Below, in pieces: positions 29,442-39,653 of a DNA stretch of 64,000 nt (position 1 is the stretch's first letter; the number at the start of each line of letters is the position of its first letter). Both the position numbers and the translations under genes were made by a program. A model generated the notes under the pieces. The model did no database searches, was not told the origin of the DNA, and saw only the letters and a list, made by a program, of their open reading frames with translations. Source of the stretch: Myxococcota bacterium. Its GTDB lineage: Bacteria > Myxococcota_A > UBA9160 > UBA6930. The stretch spans positions 800,001 through 864,000 of the forward strand of contig OZ245015.1 in the NCBI GenBank assembly GCA_965223705.1, read 5' to 3'.

Positions 29442-30272
29442 ATGACGGGGCGGGTCCGAACCATCGTTTTCTCTTTGCTCGCGCTCGTGCTCGCCTGCGG
29501 GTCGGACGAGCGTCTCTACGACGTCATCGGGGTCGTCGAAGCCGTCCGCCCCGAAGACAACCAAGTGATCATCGCGCACGAGGACATCCCAGGTCTGATG
29601 CCCGCCATGACGATGAATTTCGACCTGGAAGACCCGACGATTGCGGAGCGTTTCTCCCCCGGCGACGCGATCCGTTTCGAGTTGGTATTCAACGGGCGCG
29701 CCTACTTGATCCGCTCCGCCGAGCGTCTGGGCGAGGCTGAAGTGAACGCGCGGAAAGATCGGGGAGAACTCACCCGACCCGCCGACCCGGTTCCCGATTT
29801 CGAGCTCGTCAACCAACGGGGCGAGGCGGTCTCATCGAAAGGCATGCGGGGCAAGGTGCTCCTCATCGATTTCATTTACACCCATTGCCCGGGGCCATGT
29901 CCCATCCTCACGGGCGTCAATGCCGAAGCCAACGAGCTCATCGCCGATCTCCACGACCGCGTGGTGTTTTGTTCGATTTCCCTCGATCCCGAACGCGACG
30001 ATCCCGAAACCCTCGCGCGCTACGCCGAGGCTCGCGGCGCGGACGCCCCGAACTGGCACTTCTTGACCGGGGCGCCCGAAGTGGTGGCCGACGTGATTCA
30101 ACGCTTCGGCGTGGCGAGTCTGCCCGCGGCCGATGGCGAGATCGATCACACGGTCGCTCGTTTCCTGGTGGACGCCTCTGGCCGGATCGAAGAGCGTTAC
30201 ATGGGCCTCACGCACGACGCGCCGAAGCTCGCTGAAGCGATCCGCCGGGTCGTGGAGCGCGGCTCGTCCTAG
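29442..30272 (+). CDS. SCO-family lipoprotein with N-terminal CusF-like copper-binding domain
   Basis: Lipobox VLAC; IAHEDIPGLMPAMTMNF; FIYTHCPGPCP (CxxxC) and IDHT. Confidence 0.85.
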   Translation: MTGRVRTIVFSLLALVLACGSDERLYDVIGVVEAVRPEDNQVIIAHEDIPGLMPAMTMNFDLEDPTIAERFSPGDAIRFELVFNGRAYLIRSAERLGEAEVNARKDRGELTRPADPVPDFELVNQRGEAVSSKGMRGKVLLIDFIYTHCPGPCPILTGVNAEANELIADLHDRVVFCSISLDPERDDPETLARYAEARGADAPNWHFLTGAPEVVADVIQRFGVASLPAADGEIDHTVARFLVDASGRIEERYMGLTHDAPKLAEAIRRVVERGSS

Positions 30273-31192
30273 GCGTTCTCGACGGCGATGAAGCTCTGAC
30301 CCCGGTGACCGAAATCGAAACGGTCGGGGTGGATGATCTCGGCGAGGATTTCGAGCGATTCCAGAAGGCGCGGCCCGGACCGATTGAAGTAGTGGTTGCC
30401 GTCGGCGACGAAGACCCGCCCGTCGCGCACCGCCCGGAGCGCGCCGAAGCCCGGCAGCGCCTGGAGCAGCGGTAGCTCTTCGAGCGCTCGGGGAATGTCG
30501 AAACCGCACGGGATGATGAGCAAGATCTCGGGATCGGCGGCGCGCACGTCCTCCCACTGAATCCAGGGCGAGAGCTCACCGTGATCGCCAAAGACGGACG
30601 TCGCGCCGGCGAGTTCGACGAGCTCGGGCATCCAGTTGCCCGCCGCCATCAAGGGCTCGATCCACTCGATCGAGACGAGGCTCGGACGTCCCCCGGCGCC
30701 TGCGGCGCGGTCGGCGACCTGCTGGGTGGCGTTCCGAAGCGACGCCGCGACCGCGCGCCCGTTCTCCGCTCGACCGATCGCGTCCCCGATCCGCTCGATG
30801 TCCCGCCACACATCGGCCAGGTGTCGCGGCGCGAGCGATAGCACCTCCGGTCGTGCACCCATCCAGTCTGCAACGGCGGCGGTGACGTCGGCGATCCCCG
30901 CAGCACAGACCTCGCACTGGTCTTGGGTGAGGATCACATCGGGCCGGACCGAGCGAAGCCCTTCTGGATCGACGCGGTAGACCGAGAGACCATCGCGAAC
31001 CAGCGCGCGAACCCGCTCGTCGATTTGCGCGCTGCTGCCTTCGGGATCGAACTTTGGTTCCGTGAGCGGCGGAAGTTCGCTCACACCCGGAGGAAAATCG
31101 CACTCGTGCGAGCGCGCGACGAGTTCGTCGCGAGCCCCTAGGGCGCACACGATTTCGGTCAGACTCGGCAGTAGCGAAGCGATCCTCGGCAC
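30269..31192 (-). CDS. Cobalamin/TroA-like binding-protein family member, no signal peptide
   Basis: RIASLLPSLTEIVCALG, SHECDFP, PDVILTQ, FNRSGPRL. Confidence 0.8.
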   Translation of the reverse strand: MPRIASLLPSLTEIVCALGARDELVARSHECDFPPGVSELPPLTEPKFDPEGSSAQIDERVRALVRDGLSVYRVDPEGLRSVRPDVILTQDQCEVCAAGIADVTAAVADWMGARPEVLSLAPRHLADVWRDIERIGDAIGRAENGRAVAASLRNATQQVADRAAGAGGRPSLVSIEWIEPLMAAGNWMPELVELAGATSVFGDHGELSPWIQWEDVRAADPEILLIIPCGFDIPRALEELPLLQALPGFGALRAVRDGRVFVADGNHYFNRSGPRLLESLEILAEIIHPDRFDFGHRGQSFIAVENA

Positions 31193-31212
31193 AGGCCCTA
31201 TGCTAACCGCGC

Positions 31213-31671
31213 ATGCTCATCCCGCCGCACCTCCGAGCAGCGATCCTCGCCCGTTGGCCCGTCGCGCGCCTCGCGACACACGGGAAAGACGGCGGGCTGT
31301 TTCAGGTCCCTCTGGTGTTCGCGCAGCAGGGCGACTTCTTGTGGTCGCCGGTGGACGGCAAGCCGAAACGCGGCACTTCGCTTTCTCGCCTCGACTACGT
31401 GAGAAGCAATCCGCGTGCGAGTCTTTTGCTCGATCACTACGACGCCGATTGGACGGCTCTCTGGTGGGTGCGCATCGAGGCGCGCGCAGAAGTGGTCGCG
31501 CTCGAAGACGACCGTCGAGAACCGGTCGAACGGGCTCTCCGCGCGAAGTACACTCAGTACGCCACCACGCCGGTCTTTCTCGGACAACCGACGGCTTTAG
31601 CCTTCCGGATCGAGTCGACCCGCAGCTGGTGCGCCGACGACACCCGACTCGAACTCCCGCAACTGCGTTAG
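31213..31671 (+). CDS. PPOX-class (pyridoxamine 5'-phosphate oxidase-like, probably F420-dependent) protein, Rv0121-like
   Basis: VARLAT, VDGKPK, NPRASLLLDHYDADWTALWWVR, LRAKYTQY. Confidence 0.8.
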   Translation: MLIPPHLRAAILARWPVARLATHGKDGGLFQVPLVFAQQGDFLWSPVDGKPKRGTSLSRLDYVRSNPRASLLLDHYDADWTALWWVRIEARAEVVALEDDRREPVERALRAKYTQYATTPVFLGQPTALAFRIESTRSWCADDTRLELPQLR

Positions 31672-31738
31672 AATCCGGGGCCCGGCAGAAGCCCCCGTCC
31701 ACGGTCGAATCCCATCTCATTGAAAAGGAGCCCCGAGC

Positions 31739-33415
31739 TTGGCTCAAGAGTTCGTCTACACGATGCAAGAAGTGCGCAAGGTGGTTCCGCCGGATCGCGT
31801 GATCCTAGACGGAATTACGCTCGCGTTTCTTCCCGGAGCCAAGATCGGGGTGCTCGGTGCCAACGGCGCGGGAAAGAGCAGCTTGCTGCGTGTGATGGCT
31901 GGCCTCGACCCCGACATTCTCGGCGAAGCGCGCCCCAGTCCCGGAGTCCGAGTCGGCTACCTGCCCCAGGAGCCCGAGCTGGATCCGGACAAGGACGTCC
32001 TCGGAAACGTCGAGGAAGGCGTCGCGTCGACCCGAGCGCTGCTCTCGGAATTCGAAGCGGTGAGTGCGCGTTTCGCGGAACCCCTCGACGACGACGCGAT
32101 GGAGAAACTGCTCGCCGAGCAGGCCGCGCTCCAAGACCAGATCGACGCGGCGGGGGCGTGGGAGCTCGACCGCACCCTGGAGATCGCGATGGACGCCCTG
32201 CGCTTGCCGTCGGGGGACGCCGACGTTTCCACGCTCTCGGGTGGCGAGCGGCGCCGCGTCGCATTGTGTCGCCTTCTGCTTCAAAAGCCCGACATGCTGC
32301 TGCTCGACGAGCCGACGAACCATCTCGATGCGGAGTCCGTGGCATGGCTCGAGCGCTACTTGGATGAATACCCGGGCACGGTCGTCGCCGTAACGCACGA
32401 CCGCTACTTCCTCGATAATGTCGCCGGTTGGATCCTCGAACTCGATCGCGGCGCCGGGATTCCCTACCAGGGCAACTACAGCGGTTGGCTCGAGCAGAAG
32501 CAGGCGCGGCTGGCCGTCGAGGAGAAGCGAGCCGGTGCGCGCCAACGAACGCTCGCTCGCGAACTCGAGTGGGTGCGCATGTCGCCTCGGGCGCGCCAGG
32601 CGAAGAGCAAGGCGCGGATCAAGGCCTTCGAGACGCTGCGTGCGGAAGAGGAAGAACGCGCTCCCGACACCGTTGAAATTGCGATTCCGCCGGGCCCCCG
32701 GCTCGGTGATGTCGTCGCCGAAGCGCAAGGCCTGCGCAAGGGCTTCGGCGAGAAGCTCTTGATCGAAGATCTCTCCTTCTCGCTACCGCCCGGCGGCATC
32801 GTCGGCGTGATCGGCGGCAACGGCGCCGGAAAGACCACGCTCTTCCGCATGCTCGTCGGCGAGGAGCAGCCCGACGCTGGAAGCCTGCGACTGGGAGAGA
32901 CGGTCAAAATCGCTTACGTCGACCAGGGCCGGGAGGATCTCGCCGGCGACAACACCGTCTACGAAGAAGTCAGCGGTGGTGATGACCTCATCAAAGTCGG
33001 TCGTCGCGAGATCAATGCGCGGGCATACGTCGGATCCTTCGGTTTCAAGGGAGCGGATCAGCAGAAGCGCGTCGGGCAGTTGTCCGGCGGCGAGCGGAAC
33101 CGCTTGCAGCTCGCGAAACTCCTCAAGAGCGCCGGTAACGTCCTGCTCCTCGACGAGCCGACGAACGATCTCGACGTCGACACGTTGCGGGCGTTGGAGG
33201 AGGCACTTCTCGGCTTCGCCGGCTGCGTTGTGGTCATTTCCCACGATCGCTGGTTCCTCGACCGGATCGCGACGCATATCTTGGCATTCGAGGGCGACAG
33301 CCACGTCGAGTGGTTCGAGGGGAACTACCAAGAATACGAAGCCGATCGGCGCAAGCGCCAAGGCGACCAAGCGGAGCAGCCGCACCGTCTCCGCTACAAG
33401 CGGCTCGAGAGCTGA
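31739..33415 (+). CDS. ettA: Energy-dependent translational throttle protein (ABC-F)
   Basis: [15 protein letters not shown], two LSGGE/DEPTN cassettes, [22 protein letters not shown] start after AAGGAG. Confidence 0.95.
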   Translation: MAQEFVYTMQEVRKVVPPDRVILDGITLAFLPGAKIGVLGANGAGKSSLLRVMAGLDPDILGEARPSPGVRVGYLPQEPELDPDKDVLGNVEEGVASTRALLSEFEAVSARFAEPLDDDAMEKLLAEQAALQDQIDAAGAWELDRTLEIAMDALRLPSGDADVSTLSGGERRRVALCRLLLQKPDMLLLDEPTNHLDAESVAWLERYLDEYPGTVVAVTHDRYFLDNVAGWILELDRGAGIPYQGNYSGWLEQKQARLAVEEKRAGARQRTLARELEWVRMSPRARQAKSKARIKAFETLRAEEEERAPDTVEIAIPPGPRLGDVVAEAQGLRKGFGEKLLIEDLSFSLPPGGIVGVIGGNGAGKTTLFRMLVGEEQPDAGSLRLGETVKIAYVDQGREDLAGDNTVYEEVSGGDDLIKVGRREINARAYVGSFGFKGADQQKRVGQLSGGERNRLQLAKLLKSAGNVLLLDEPTNDLDVDTLRALEEALLGFAGCVVVISHDRWFLDRIATHILAFEGDSHVEWFEGNYQEYEADRRKRQGDQAEQPHRLRYKRLES

Positions 33416-33417
33416 CG

Positions 33418-35229
33418 ATGTCGCTCGAGCGGCTTCGGGCCGCCGTCGACGCGGTGATTGAAGGCCAGCAACGCGCGAAGACCGGGATTCTGCTGGCCAT
33501 CTTGGCGCGCGAGCACGCATATCTCGAGGGGCCGCCGGGAAGCGGGAAGACGCTCCTCGCGGAATCGATCGCTGCGCTTTGCGGGGCGCGCTATCGCGTC
33601 ATCCGCTTCCATCGCGACACGCGAGAGCAGGAGCTTCTCGGCGACGCCCTGCTGTATCGCGCTTCGCTCGAAGAGGGCGGCGGGGAGCAGTTGTCTCGCC
33701 GCCTGGTAGGTGGCCCGTTTCGGGACGCCGAGATTGTGGTGCTCGACGATATGTCGCGTGCCCCCGGCGAAGCGCTCGCTCCGCTGTTGCGAATCTTGGC
33801 GTCGCGCGAGGCCAACGGTGCTGCGCTTCCACTGGAGACAGCGATCACGACGGCACTGCCGCCCGGCCTCGAGCTCTACGCGGATCCGCTCGAGCCGACA
33901 CAACTGGACCGCTTCGCGGTACAGGTTCGGATCCCCGGGCTCTTGTACGCCGGCGACTGGACGCGCGCCCGCCGCGTCTTCGACGCAGCAACGCTCGAGG
34001 GCGCGCCGATCATCGACTCCGCGGAGCGCCAACGCCTTCAGTCGGCTTCCGCTGCCGTGGAGGTCCCGGAGCGCATTCGCGGCTTGTGGCTCGAGCTACT
34101 CGGACATATCCAGGAGATCGCGGAAGGCACTGGGAGCGCCATCACGGATCGCTCGCTTTCCCAATCGGGCCTCTCGCTGTTGCGAGCCCACGCGTGCTTG
34201 CGCGGCGCTGACACCGCGGACGAGCGCGATCTCGAAGTCGTTCGGTACATGCTGGCGCGCCGCGCCCCCGAGCTCCGCGACGCCGATATCGCGGCGCTCC
34301 TCGAGTTCGTGGTTCGGCCGAAAGAGCAGGAGAAAACCGAGGAATCCGAAGGCGGCGCACCGCGCCGAACGGAAACGGCCGACGGCGAAGACGACGCTCC
34401 CGAAGCGAAAGCTTCGCAGGCGGCGGGTGAAGGAGAGGACTCCGATCAAAGAACGGGGCCGAAAGCGTTGCGCCGTCCCGCGGCTCGGGCCGATGTCAGC
34501 GTGCTGCTCCGCGCTCTCGAAGGGCGCTTCGATCGCGGCGGCGTAGACGCCGAACCGGATCCGGGCGGCGTCCCGCGGCGAATCGAGCGGCTCCAGCGTT
34601 TCGACGGTTTTCTCGACGCCGACCCGGTGGAGACCTTGCTCCTGGCCGAAGGGCGGCTCGCTGAAATGCCTCGGGCGCTCCGGCGTGAGCGCTACAACCG
34701 CGGCGGCGCCGTCGCCGTGCTGCGCGACGTGTCTGCCTCGATGGACGGCGACTTCGCGCAGTGGTCCGGCGAGGTGGTCGCAGGGATCGTCCGTGCCGGC
34801 GCGCGCCGCCGCATGCGTGTCGGCTATCTCGAGTTCAATCACGAGGCGAAACCGTTCGAAGTCGACGGCGCTTTTCTCCATCGGCGCTACGGCCCGCTCC
34901 TCGCGACGGCACAGCACGCCCGGGCGCTCGGTCGCACGAACTACGAGGCCGCGTTGCGCACGGCGCTCGCCGAATTCGAAGGTCAGGGCGGAAGAAACCG
35001 TCATATCGTCATGCTGACCGACGGAGTGCCCGTCCTCGGAGATCCGGTGGTCGAGCGCGAGCGCGCGGAAGCGAAGCGGCTCGGGGTAAAAATTCACACC
35101 GTGTTCATCGGAAAAGGTGAAGCCCCGCGTATTCTCGACCGCTTGTCGCTCGAAACCCACGGCGTCCGTTTCGCCGCGAAGCCCGAGCGGGGCGGGCGCA
35201 TCGCTTTGGCCGAGCGGAAAGCGGCCTAG
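33418..35229 (+). CDS. MoxR/RavA-like AAA+ ATPase fused to a VWA domain
   Basis: GPPGSGKT, VVLDDMSR, LDRF; acidic linker; MIDAS DVSAS...GRTNY...MLTDG. Confidence 0.8.
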   Translation: MSLERLRAAVDAVIEGQQRAKTGILLAILAREHAYLEGPPGSGKTLLAESIAALCGARYRVIRFHRDTREQELLGDALLYRASLEEGGGEQLSRRLVGGPFRDAEIVVLDDMSRAPGEALAPLLRILASREANGAALPLETAITTALPPGLELYADPLEPTQLDRFAVQVRIPGLLYAGDWTRARRVFDAATLEGAPIIDSAERQRLQSASAAVEVPERIRGLWLELLGHIQEIAEGTGSAITDRSLSQSGLSLLRAHACLRGADTADERDLEVVRYMLARRAPELRDADIAALLEFVVRPKEQEKTEESEGGAPRRTETADGEDDAPEAKASQAAGEGEDSDQRTGPKALRRPAARADVSVLLRALEGRFDRGGVDAEPDPGGVPRRIERLQRFDGFLDADPVETLLLAEGRLAEMPRALRRERYNRGGAVAVLRDVSASMDGDFAQWSGEVVAGIVRAGARRRMRVGYLEFNHEAKPFEVDGAFLHRRYGPLLATAQHARALGRTNYEAALRTALAEFEGQGGRNRHIVMLTDGVPVLGDPVVERERAEAKRLGVKIHTVFIGKGEAPRILDRLSLETHGVRFAAKPERGGRIALAERKAA

Positions 35230-35238
35230 CCCGGATCG

Positions 35239-36201
35239 ATGGATGGAGTGTATTCCCTGATGGATGCTCGAATCGCGCCGCTTCGCGAAGCACTCGACCG
35301 TCACGTGGTCGGACACGACGACGCGAAGCAGGCGATCCTGCTCGCGATCTTGTGTCGGGAGCACGTCTATATCGAGGGGCCTCCGGGCACCGCGAAGACC
35401 CGTATGGCCGAGGTCGCGTCGCGCGCTTCGGACCTCGAGTTCTTCTTCTACCAACTCCACCGTGATACCCGACTGCCAGAACTCGTCGGCGACGTCGTCC
35501 TCGAGCGACGCCAGACTGAGAGCGGCGGGGAGCTGATTCATCAGCGGACGCTCCCGGGCGGCATCCTGACCGCGGAAGTTTGCGTCCTCGACGACATTTC
35601 GCGAGCTCCGGGTGAAGCGCTCAACGTCTTGCTCCAGATTCTCAACGAAAGGCGTTTCGGCGAAGCGTCGATCCCACTGCTCACCGCCATCGCGACGAGT
35701 AACCCCGCCAGCGACGAGTACTACAACGAACCCCTCGACCCGGCGAACCTCGATCGGTTCGCCGTTCAGTTGCGCGTGTCGAGCTTGCTCGGCGGCGACG
35801 ACACGGAGTCGGCGCGCCGCTTGATCGATCGTTTTGTCTCCGGAGAAGTCCGCGAAGAACACGGAACGGAGCCCGTGTGCGATCGCGCAACCCTCGACGC
35901 CCTGCACGACGAGATCGCGCGGACGCCGGTGCCGGAGAGCGTCAAGGATGCGCTCCTCGACGTGTTTCGGGCCCTCGTCCTAGACCACGGCTGCAACGAG
36001 ACGAACTCGCTGCTCACCGACCGGAGCTTCCTCGTCAAATCGATCAAGCTGCTGCGCGGACGCGCAGTTCTGTCGGGTCGGGATCAGGTGGGCCTCGAGG
36101 ATCTCGAAGTGCTCCGCTGGATGACGACGTTTCGCATCCCCGAAGACGTTCACGAGAAGTTCCCCGAGATTCTTCGAGACGTCGTCGCGCGTCGGAGCTA
36201 A
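35239..36201 (+). CDS. MoxR/RavA-like AAA+ ATPase
   Basis: [48 protein letters not shown]. Confidence 0.85.
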   Translation: MDGVYSLMDARIAPLREALDRHVVGHDDAKQAILLAILCREHVYIEGPPGTAKTRMAEVASRASDLEFFFYQLHRDTRLPELVGDVVLERRQTESGGELIHQRTLPGGILTAEVCVLDDISRAPGEALNVLLQILNERRFGEASIPLLTAIATSNPASDEYYNEPLDPANLDRFAVQLRVSSLLGGDDTESARRLIDRFVSGEVREEHGTEPVCDRATLDALHDEIARTPVPESVKDALLDVFRALVLDHGCNETNSLLTDRSFLVKSIKLLRGRAVLSGRDQVGLEDLEVLRWMTTFRIPEDVHEKFPEILRDVVARRS

Positions 36202-37433
36202 CCGGCGAAGCCCTTTTGGATCCGACGGATCGCTTCCTCGACGTTTTCTCGCGAGTTGAACGCGGAGAGGCGGAGGTAGCCCTCGCCCGAAGGGCCGAAG
36301 CCCGCGCCGGGAGTGCCGACGACGTGCGCCTCGGACAGCAGGCGATCGAAGAAGTCCCAGGAAGAGAGCCCCGCCGGCGTTCGCATCCAAATGTAGGGCG
36401 CGTGCTCACCGCCAAAGACCGTGAACCCCGCTGCGCCGAGGGCCTCCCGGAGGCGAGCCGCGTTCGCGCGGTAGTGGTCGACCTGTTCCTGCGTCTGTTT
36501 CCGGCCGGCATCGGAGAACACCGCCTCGGCGCCCCGTTGGATCAAGTACGGGACGCTGTTGAACTTCGTCGAATGGCGGCGCGACCAGAGGTCGCGGATC
36601 GAGACTCGCGCGCCGTCTGTCGCGATACCCACGAGCTCAGAGGGAATCGTCGTGTAGGCACAGCGCACACCGGTAAAGCCGGCGCGCTTCGAGAAGCTGC
36701 GCATTTCGATGGCGCATTCGCGCGAGCCGGAAATCTCGAAAATCGATCGCGGCAATTCCGGATCTCCGATGAACGCGTCGTAGGCGGCGTCGAAGATCAA
36801 GATCGCTTTGCGCTCGCGCGCCCATTCGACCCACTGCACCAAGTCGGAGCGCGTCATGACGGCGCCCGTCGGATTGTTGGGGGAGCACAGGTAGGCGAGG
36901 TCGATGGCTTCGTCGGGGGGAGCGGGGCTAAAGGCGTTCTCCTCCGTCGCCGGGAGGTAGACGATCCCAGAGTAGCGACCGGCTTCGTCGGCTTCGCCCG
37001 TTCGGCCGGCCATAACGTTCGTGTCGACGTAGACGGGGTACACCGGATCCGTCACGCAGATGCGACATTCGCTGCCGAAGATCTCCTGAATGTTTCCACT
37101 GTCCTGCTTGCTTCCGTCGGAGACGAAAATCTCGTCGGGCGAGATCTCGACGCCACGGGCCGCGTAGTCGTGCTCGGCGATCGCGTCTCGCAAGAAGTCG
37201 TAACCCTGCTCCGGTCCGTAGCCGCGGAATCCCGCTTCGCTTCCCAGTTCCGCCGCGGCGTGTTGCAGGGCCTCGACGACGGCGGGGGCGAGAGGCAGCG
37301 TGACATCGCCGATCCCCAGGCGGATCACCGCCGCTTCGGGGTGCGACTCGACGAAACTACCGACACGTCGGGAGATTTCGGGGAAGAGGTAGCCGGCTTG
37401 CAGCTTGCGGTAGTGGTCGTTGATCCGGGCCAT
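36198..37433 (-). CDS. dapL: LL-diaminopimelate aminotransferase
   Basis: [44 protein letters not shown]. Confidence 0.93.
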   Translation of the reverse strand: MARINDHYRKLQAGYLFPEISRRVGSFVESHPEAAVIRLGIGDVTLPLAPAVVEALQHAAAELGSEAGFRGYGPEQGYDFLRDAIAEHDYAARGVEISPDEIFVSDGSKQDSGNIQEIFGSECRICVTDPVYPVYVDTNVMAGRTGEADEAGRYSGIVYLPATEENAFSPAPPDEAIDLAYLCSPNNPTGAVMTRSDLVQWVEWARERKAILIFDAAYDAFIGDPELPRSIFEISGSRECAIEMRSFSKRAGFTGVRCAYTTIPSELVGIATDGARVSIRDLWSRRHSTKFNSVPYLIQRGAEAVFSDAGRKQTQEQVDHYRANAARLREALGAAGFTVFGGEHAPYIWMRTPAGLSSWDFFDRLLSEAHVVGTPGAGFGPSGEGYLRLSAFNSRENVEEAIRRIQKGFAG

Positions 37434-37448
37434 GACCGGACCATAGCG

Positions 37449-39083
37449 CTACGAGGCGCGATCCGGATCGAAAAGCACACCCGGGTTGAGCGTCGCTGCG
37501 GGGTCGAGTTCGCGCTTCGCCGCGCGCATCGCGCGTTCGAATACGTCCGGCCGTTGGCCGTCGTACCAGCGGCGGTGATCCCTGCCCACGGCGTGGTGGT
37601 GCGTCACCGTGCCGCCGCCAGTCATCACCGCTTCGAGCGCCGCCGCCTTGATTTCGTCCCACTGAGCGAGCTCACTGCCGCGCTTTCCCAGAGCCGTGAC
37701 GGAGTAGTAGGGAGCCGGGCCGTCGGGATACACGTGGGTGAAGCGACACGTGACGGTGCCTCCGCCACAGATCTTGTCGACCGCTTCCCGGGTTGCCCGC
37801 ATGACCGATCGGTGAAAGTCGGGGAACCGCTCCCAGGTGATCGCCGTTTCGAAGGTGTCCATCACCATCGAGTGTTGTAGCAGGATGTCGCGGATGTAAG
37901 GCATCTCGATGAACGCTTTGCGCCACGCGCCGGCCGCACCCGAGCGCGACACGTTCTGGCTATCACCGGATTCAGAGCGCAGCTCCTCGTCGTCGATCTC
38001 CCCACCCGCGTCGCGACAGATTTCGACGGCGCGTCGCAGTTTCTCGTCGGTCGGGTGGTCGGCGGACTCGAAACCCAGAATGAAGACCGAGCACGATCCG
38101 TCCCCGGCACCGGCGTTCTTCGCCTCGATGGCGTCGAGGATGCGGCAATTCGTCGGGAATAGACCCGATTGAGCGACGCGCCGGACCGCCTCGGCGCCCC
38201 GAATGAAATCCTCGTCGCCGCGATAGCGAACCGCGGCGCTGGCGCGATATCGGGGGCGATCCTGGAGACGCATCCAGGCTTCGACGATCACGCCGAGCGT
38301 CCCTTCGGAGCCGGCGATCATGCGATCCGGGCTCGGTCCGGCGCCCGAACCGGGCAGGCGCCGACTCTCGAGCACACCGGTGGGCGTGACGACGCGAGCC
38401 GACTCGAGAAGATCTTCGATGTGGGTGTAGACCGTCGCGAAGTGTCCGCCGGAGCGCGTGGCGATCCAGCCGCCGAGGCTCGAGAACTCGAAGGACTGGG
38501 GAAAGTGTCGCAGCGTCAGTCCGTGCGGGCGAAGTTGTGATTCGAGATCGGGTCCCAGCACGCCGGCCTGAATGCGCGCGGCACGCGAGGTTCGGTCGAC
38601 CTCGAGGACTTCGCGCATCGCGGTCAGGTCGAGACTGATCGCGCCGGCATAGTCGCCGCTTTCGGGGCCCGGCATTTCGACGCCACCGACCACACTCGAC
38701 CCGCCGCCGAAGGGAATCGCGGCGAGGTGCTCGGACCCACACCAATCGAGCAAAGCGGCCACGTCTTCTTCGGTGCGCGGGTACGCCACCCAATCCGGCG
38801 GGTTCGGGAATTCACGGCGCAGGGCGCGCACGACGTCGCGATAGCCGTTGCCGTAGTGATGGGCGGCGCGATCTCGAGGGGAATCGACACAAAGCTCGGC
38901 AAGAGTCTTGGGTACCGGCACGCGGGGTGGCCGCAGCTCGAGCTCGGAAACCCTCGGAGGGGGGATCTTTTCGGGAAGCGGTCGCCCGAAGCGCTTTTCG
39001 ATACCCCGCGCGATGCCGGCGGCTTGCTCCTCGTTGGGTCCCGCCCCTTCGAAACCCCAACCCCAGAATTTTCGCTCGGCCAT
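37449..39083 (-). CDS. FAD-linked oxidase, alkylglycerone-phosphate synthase-like
   Basis: KFWGWG, PFGGGSSVVGG, HFPQSFEFSSLGGWIATRSGG, GSEGTLG, THHHAVG. Confidence 0.85.
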   Translation of the reverse strand: MAERKFWGWGFEGAGPNEEQAAGIARGIEKRFGRPLPEKIPPPRVSELELRPPRVPVPKTLAELCVDSPRDRAAHHYGNGYRDVVRALRREFPNPPDWVAYPRTEEDVAALLDWCGSEHLAAIPFGGGSSVVGGVEMPGPESGDYAGAISLDLTAMREVLEVDRTSRAARIQAGVLGPDLESQLRPHGLTLRHFPQSFEFSSLGGWIATRSGGHFATVYTHIEDLLESARVVTPTGVLESRRLPGSGAGPSPDRMIAGSEGTLGVIVEAWMRLQDRPRYRASAAVRYRGDEDFIRGAEAVRRVAQSGLFPTNCRILDAIEAKNAGAGDGSCSVFILGFESADHPTDEKLRRAVEICRDAGGEIDDEELRSESGDSQNVSRSGAAGAWRKAFIEMPYIRDILLQHSMVMDTFETAITWERFPDFHRSVMRATREAVDKICGGGTVTCRFTHVYPDGPAPYYSVTALGKRGSELAQWDEIKAAALEAVMTGGGTVTHHHAVGRDHRRWYDGQRPDVFERAMRAAKRELDPAATLNPGVLFDPDRAS

Positions 39084-39127
39084 GGGCGGAGGGTACTCCG
39101 CTGAGGGCGGTAGTCCTACGGCGATGC

Positions 39128-39574
39128 CTACAGTGCGGATCCCGCTGCGAGCAGCGCGCTGACGACGACGAGCGAAGCGGTCATCCACCGCGTCCAGGGC
39201 AGGCGCGCAGCGATCGGCTTGGGGAGCGAACTCGCGGTCTCTCGCAGGAGGTTCGCCGCTTCGAGGCCGTGTCCCTGCGCGGTCGCTTCGGATAGGCCTT
39301 GGCGGGTCAGGAGCGTTACGGCCTGAGTCAGATCACCGCCGCGATCGAGGAGTTCGAACGCGAGTAGGGTAGGCGCGAGGCGCGACGCCTCGGGCATGCT
39401 GACGCCGCGGTTTCGCATCCGTCGTTCGACGCCGGCGACGCCTGCCGCGAGGATGACCGGATAGCGGGCGTTCAAGACCCCCGCCGCGGCGCGCGCATGA
39501 TCCGGCGGGATGCCCCGCGCTTCGAAAATGTCTCGCAAAGTGAGAAAACGAGTCCGAGTGGCCGGTTGCGACAC
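39128..39574 (-). CDS. Hypothetical protein with C-terminal membrane anchor
   Basis: GGAGGG RBS before GTG; C-terminal hydrophobic helix; fills the gap. Confidence 0.55.
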   Translation of the reverse strand: MSQPATRTRFLTLRDIFEARGIPPDHARAAAGVLNARYPVILAAGVAGVERRMRNRGVSMPEASRLAPTLLAFELLDRGGDLTQAVTLLTRQGLSEATAQGHGLEAANLLRETASSLPKPIAARLPWTRWMTASLVVVSALLAAGSAL

Positions 39575-39653
39575 GGGACCCCTCCATGCCTGTGAAATCT
39601 CTCGGCAGGAAGGGCAGCGAGCTTAAGCTTCAGTGGAAGAATCGAGCGAGGGA

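Noticed and set aside
33418..36201. Annotation as magnesium or cobalt chelatase
   Set aside because: Architecture fits, but BchI/D motifs (GDRGTGKS, LYVDEVNLL) are absent and no H/CobN gene is in the window; kept only as an analogy
34096..37880. Long antisense ORFs (603 aa and 667 aa)
   Set aside because: Mirror frames of the AAA/VWA genes and dapL; no motifs of their own
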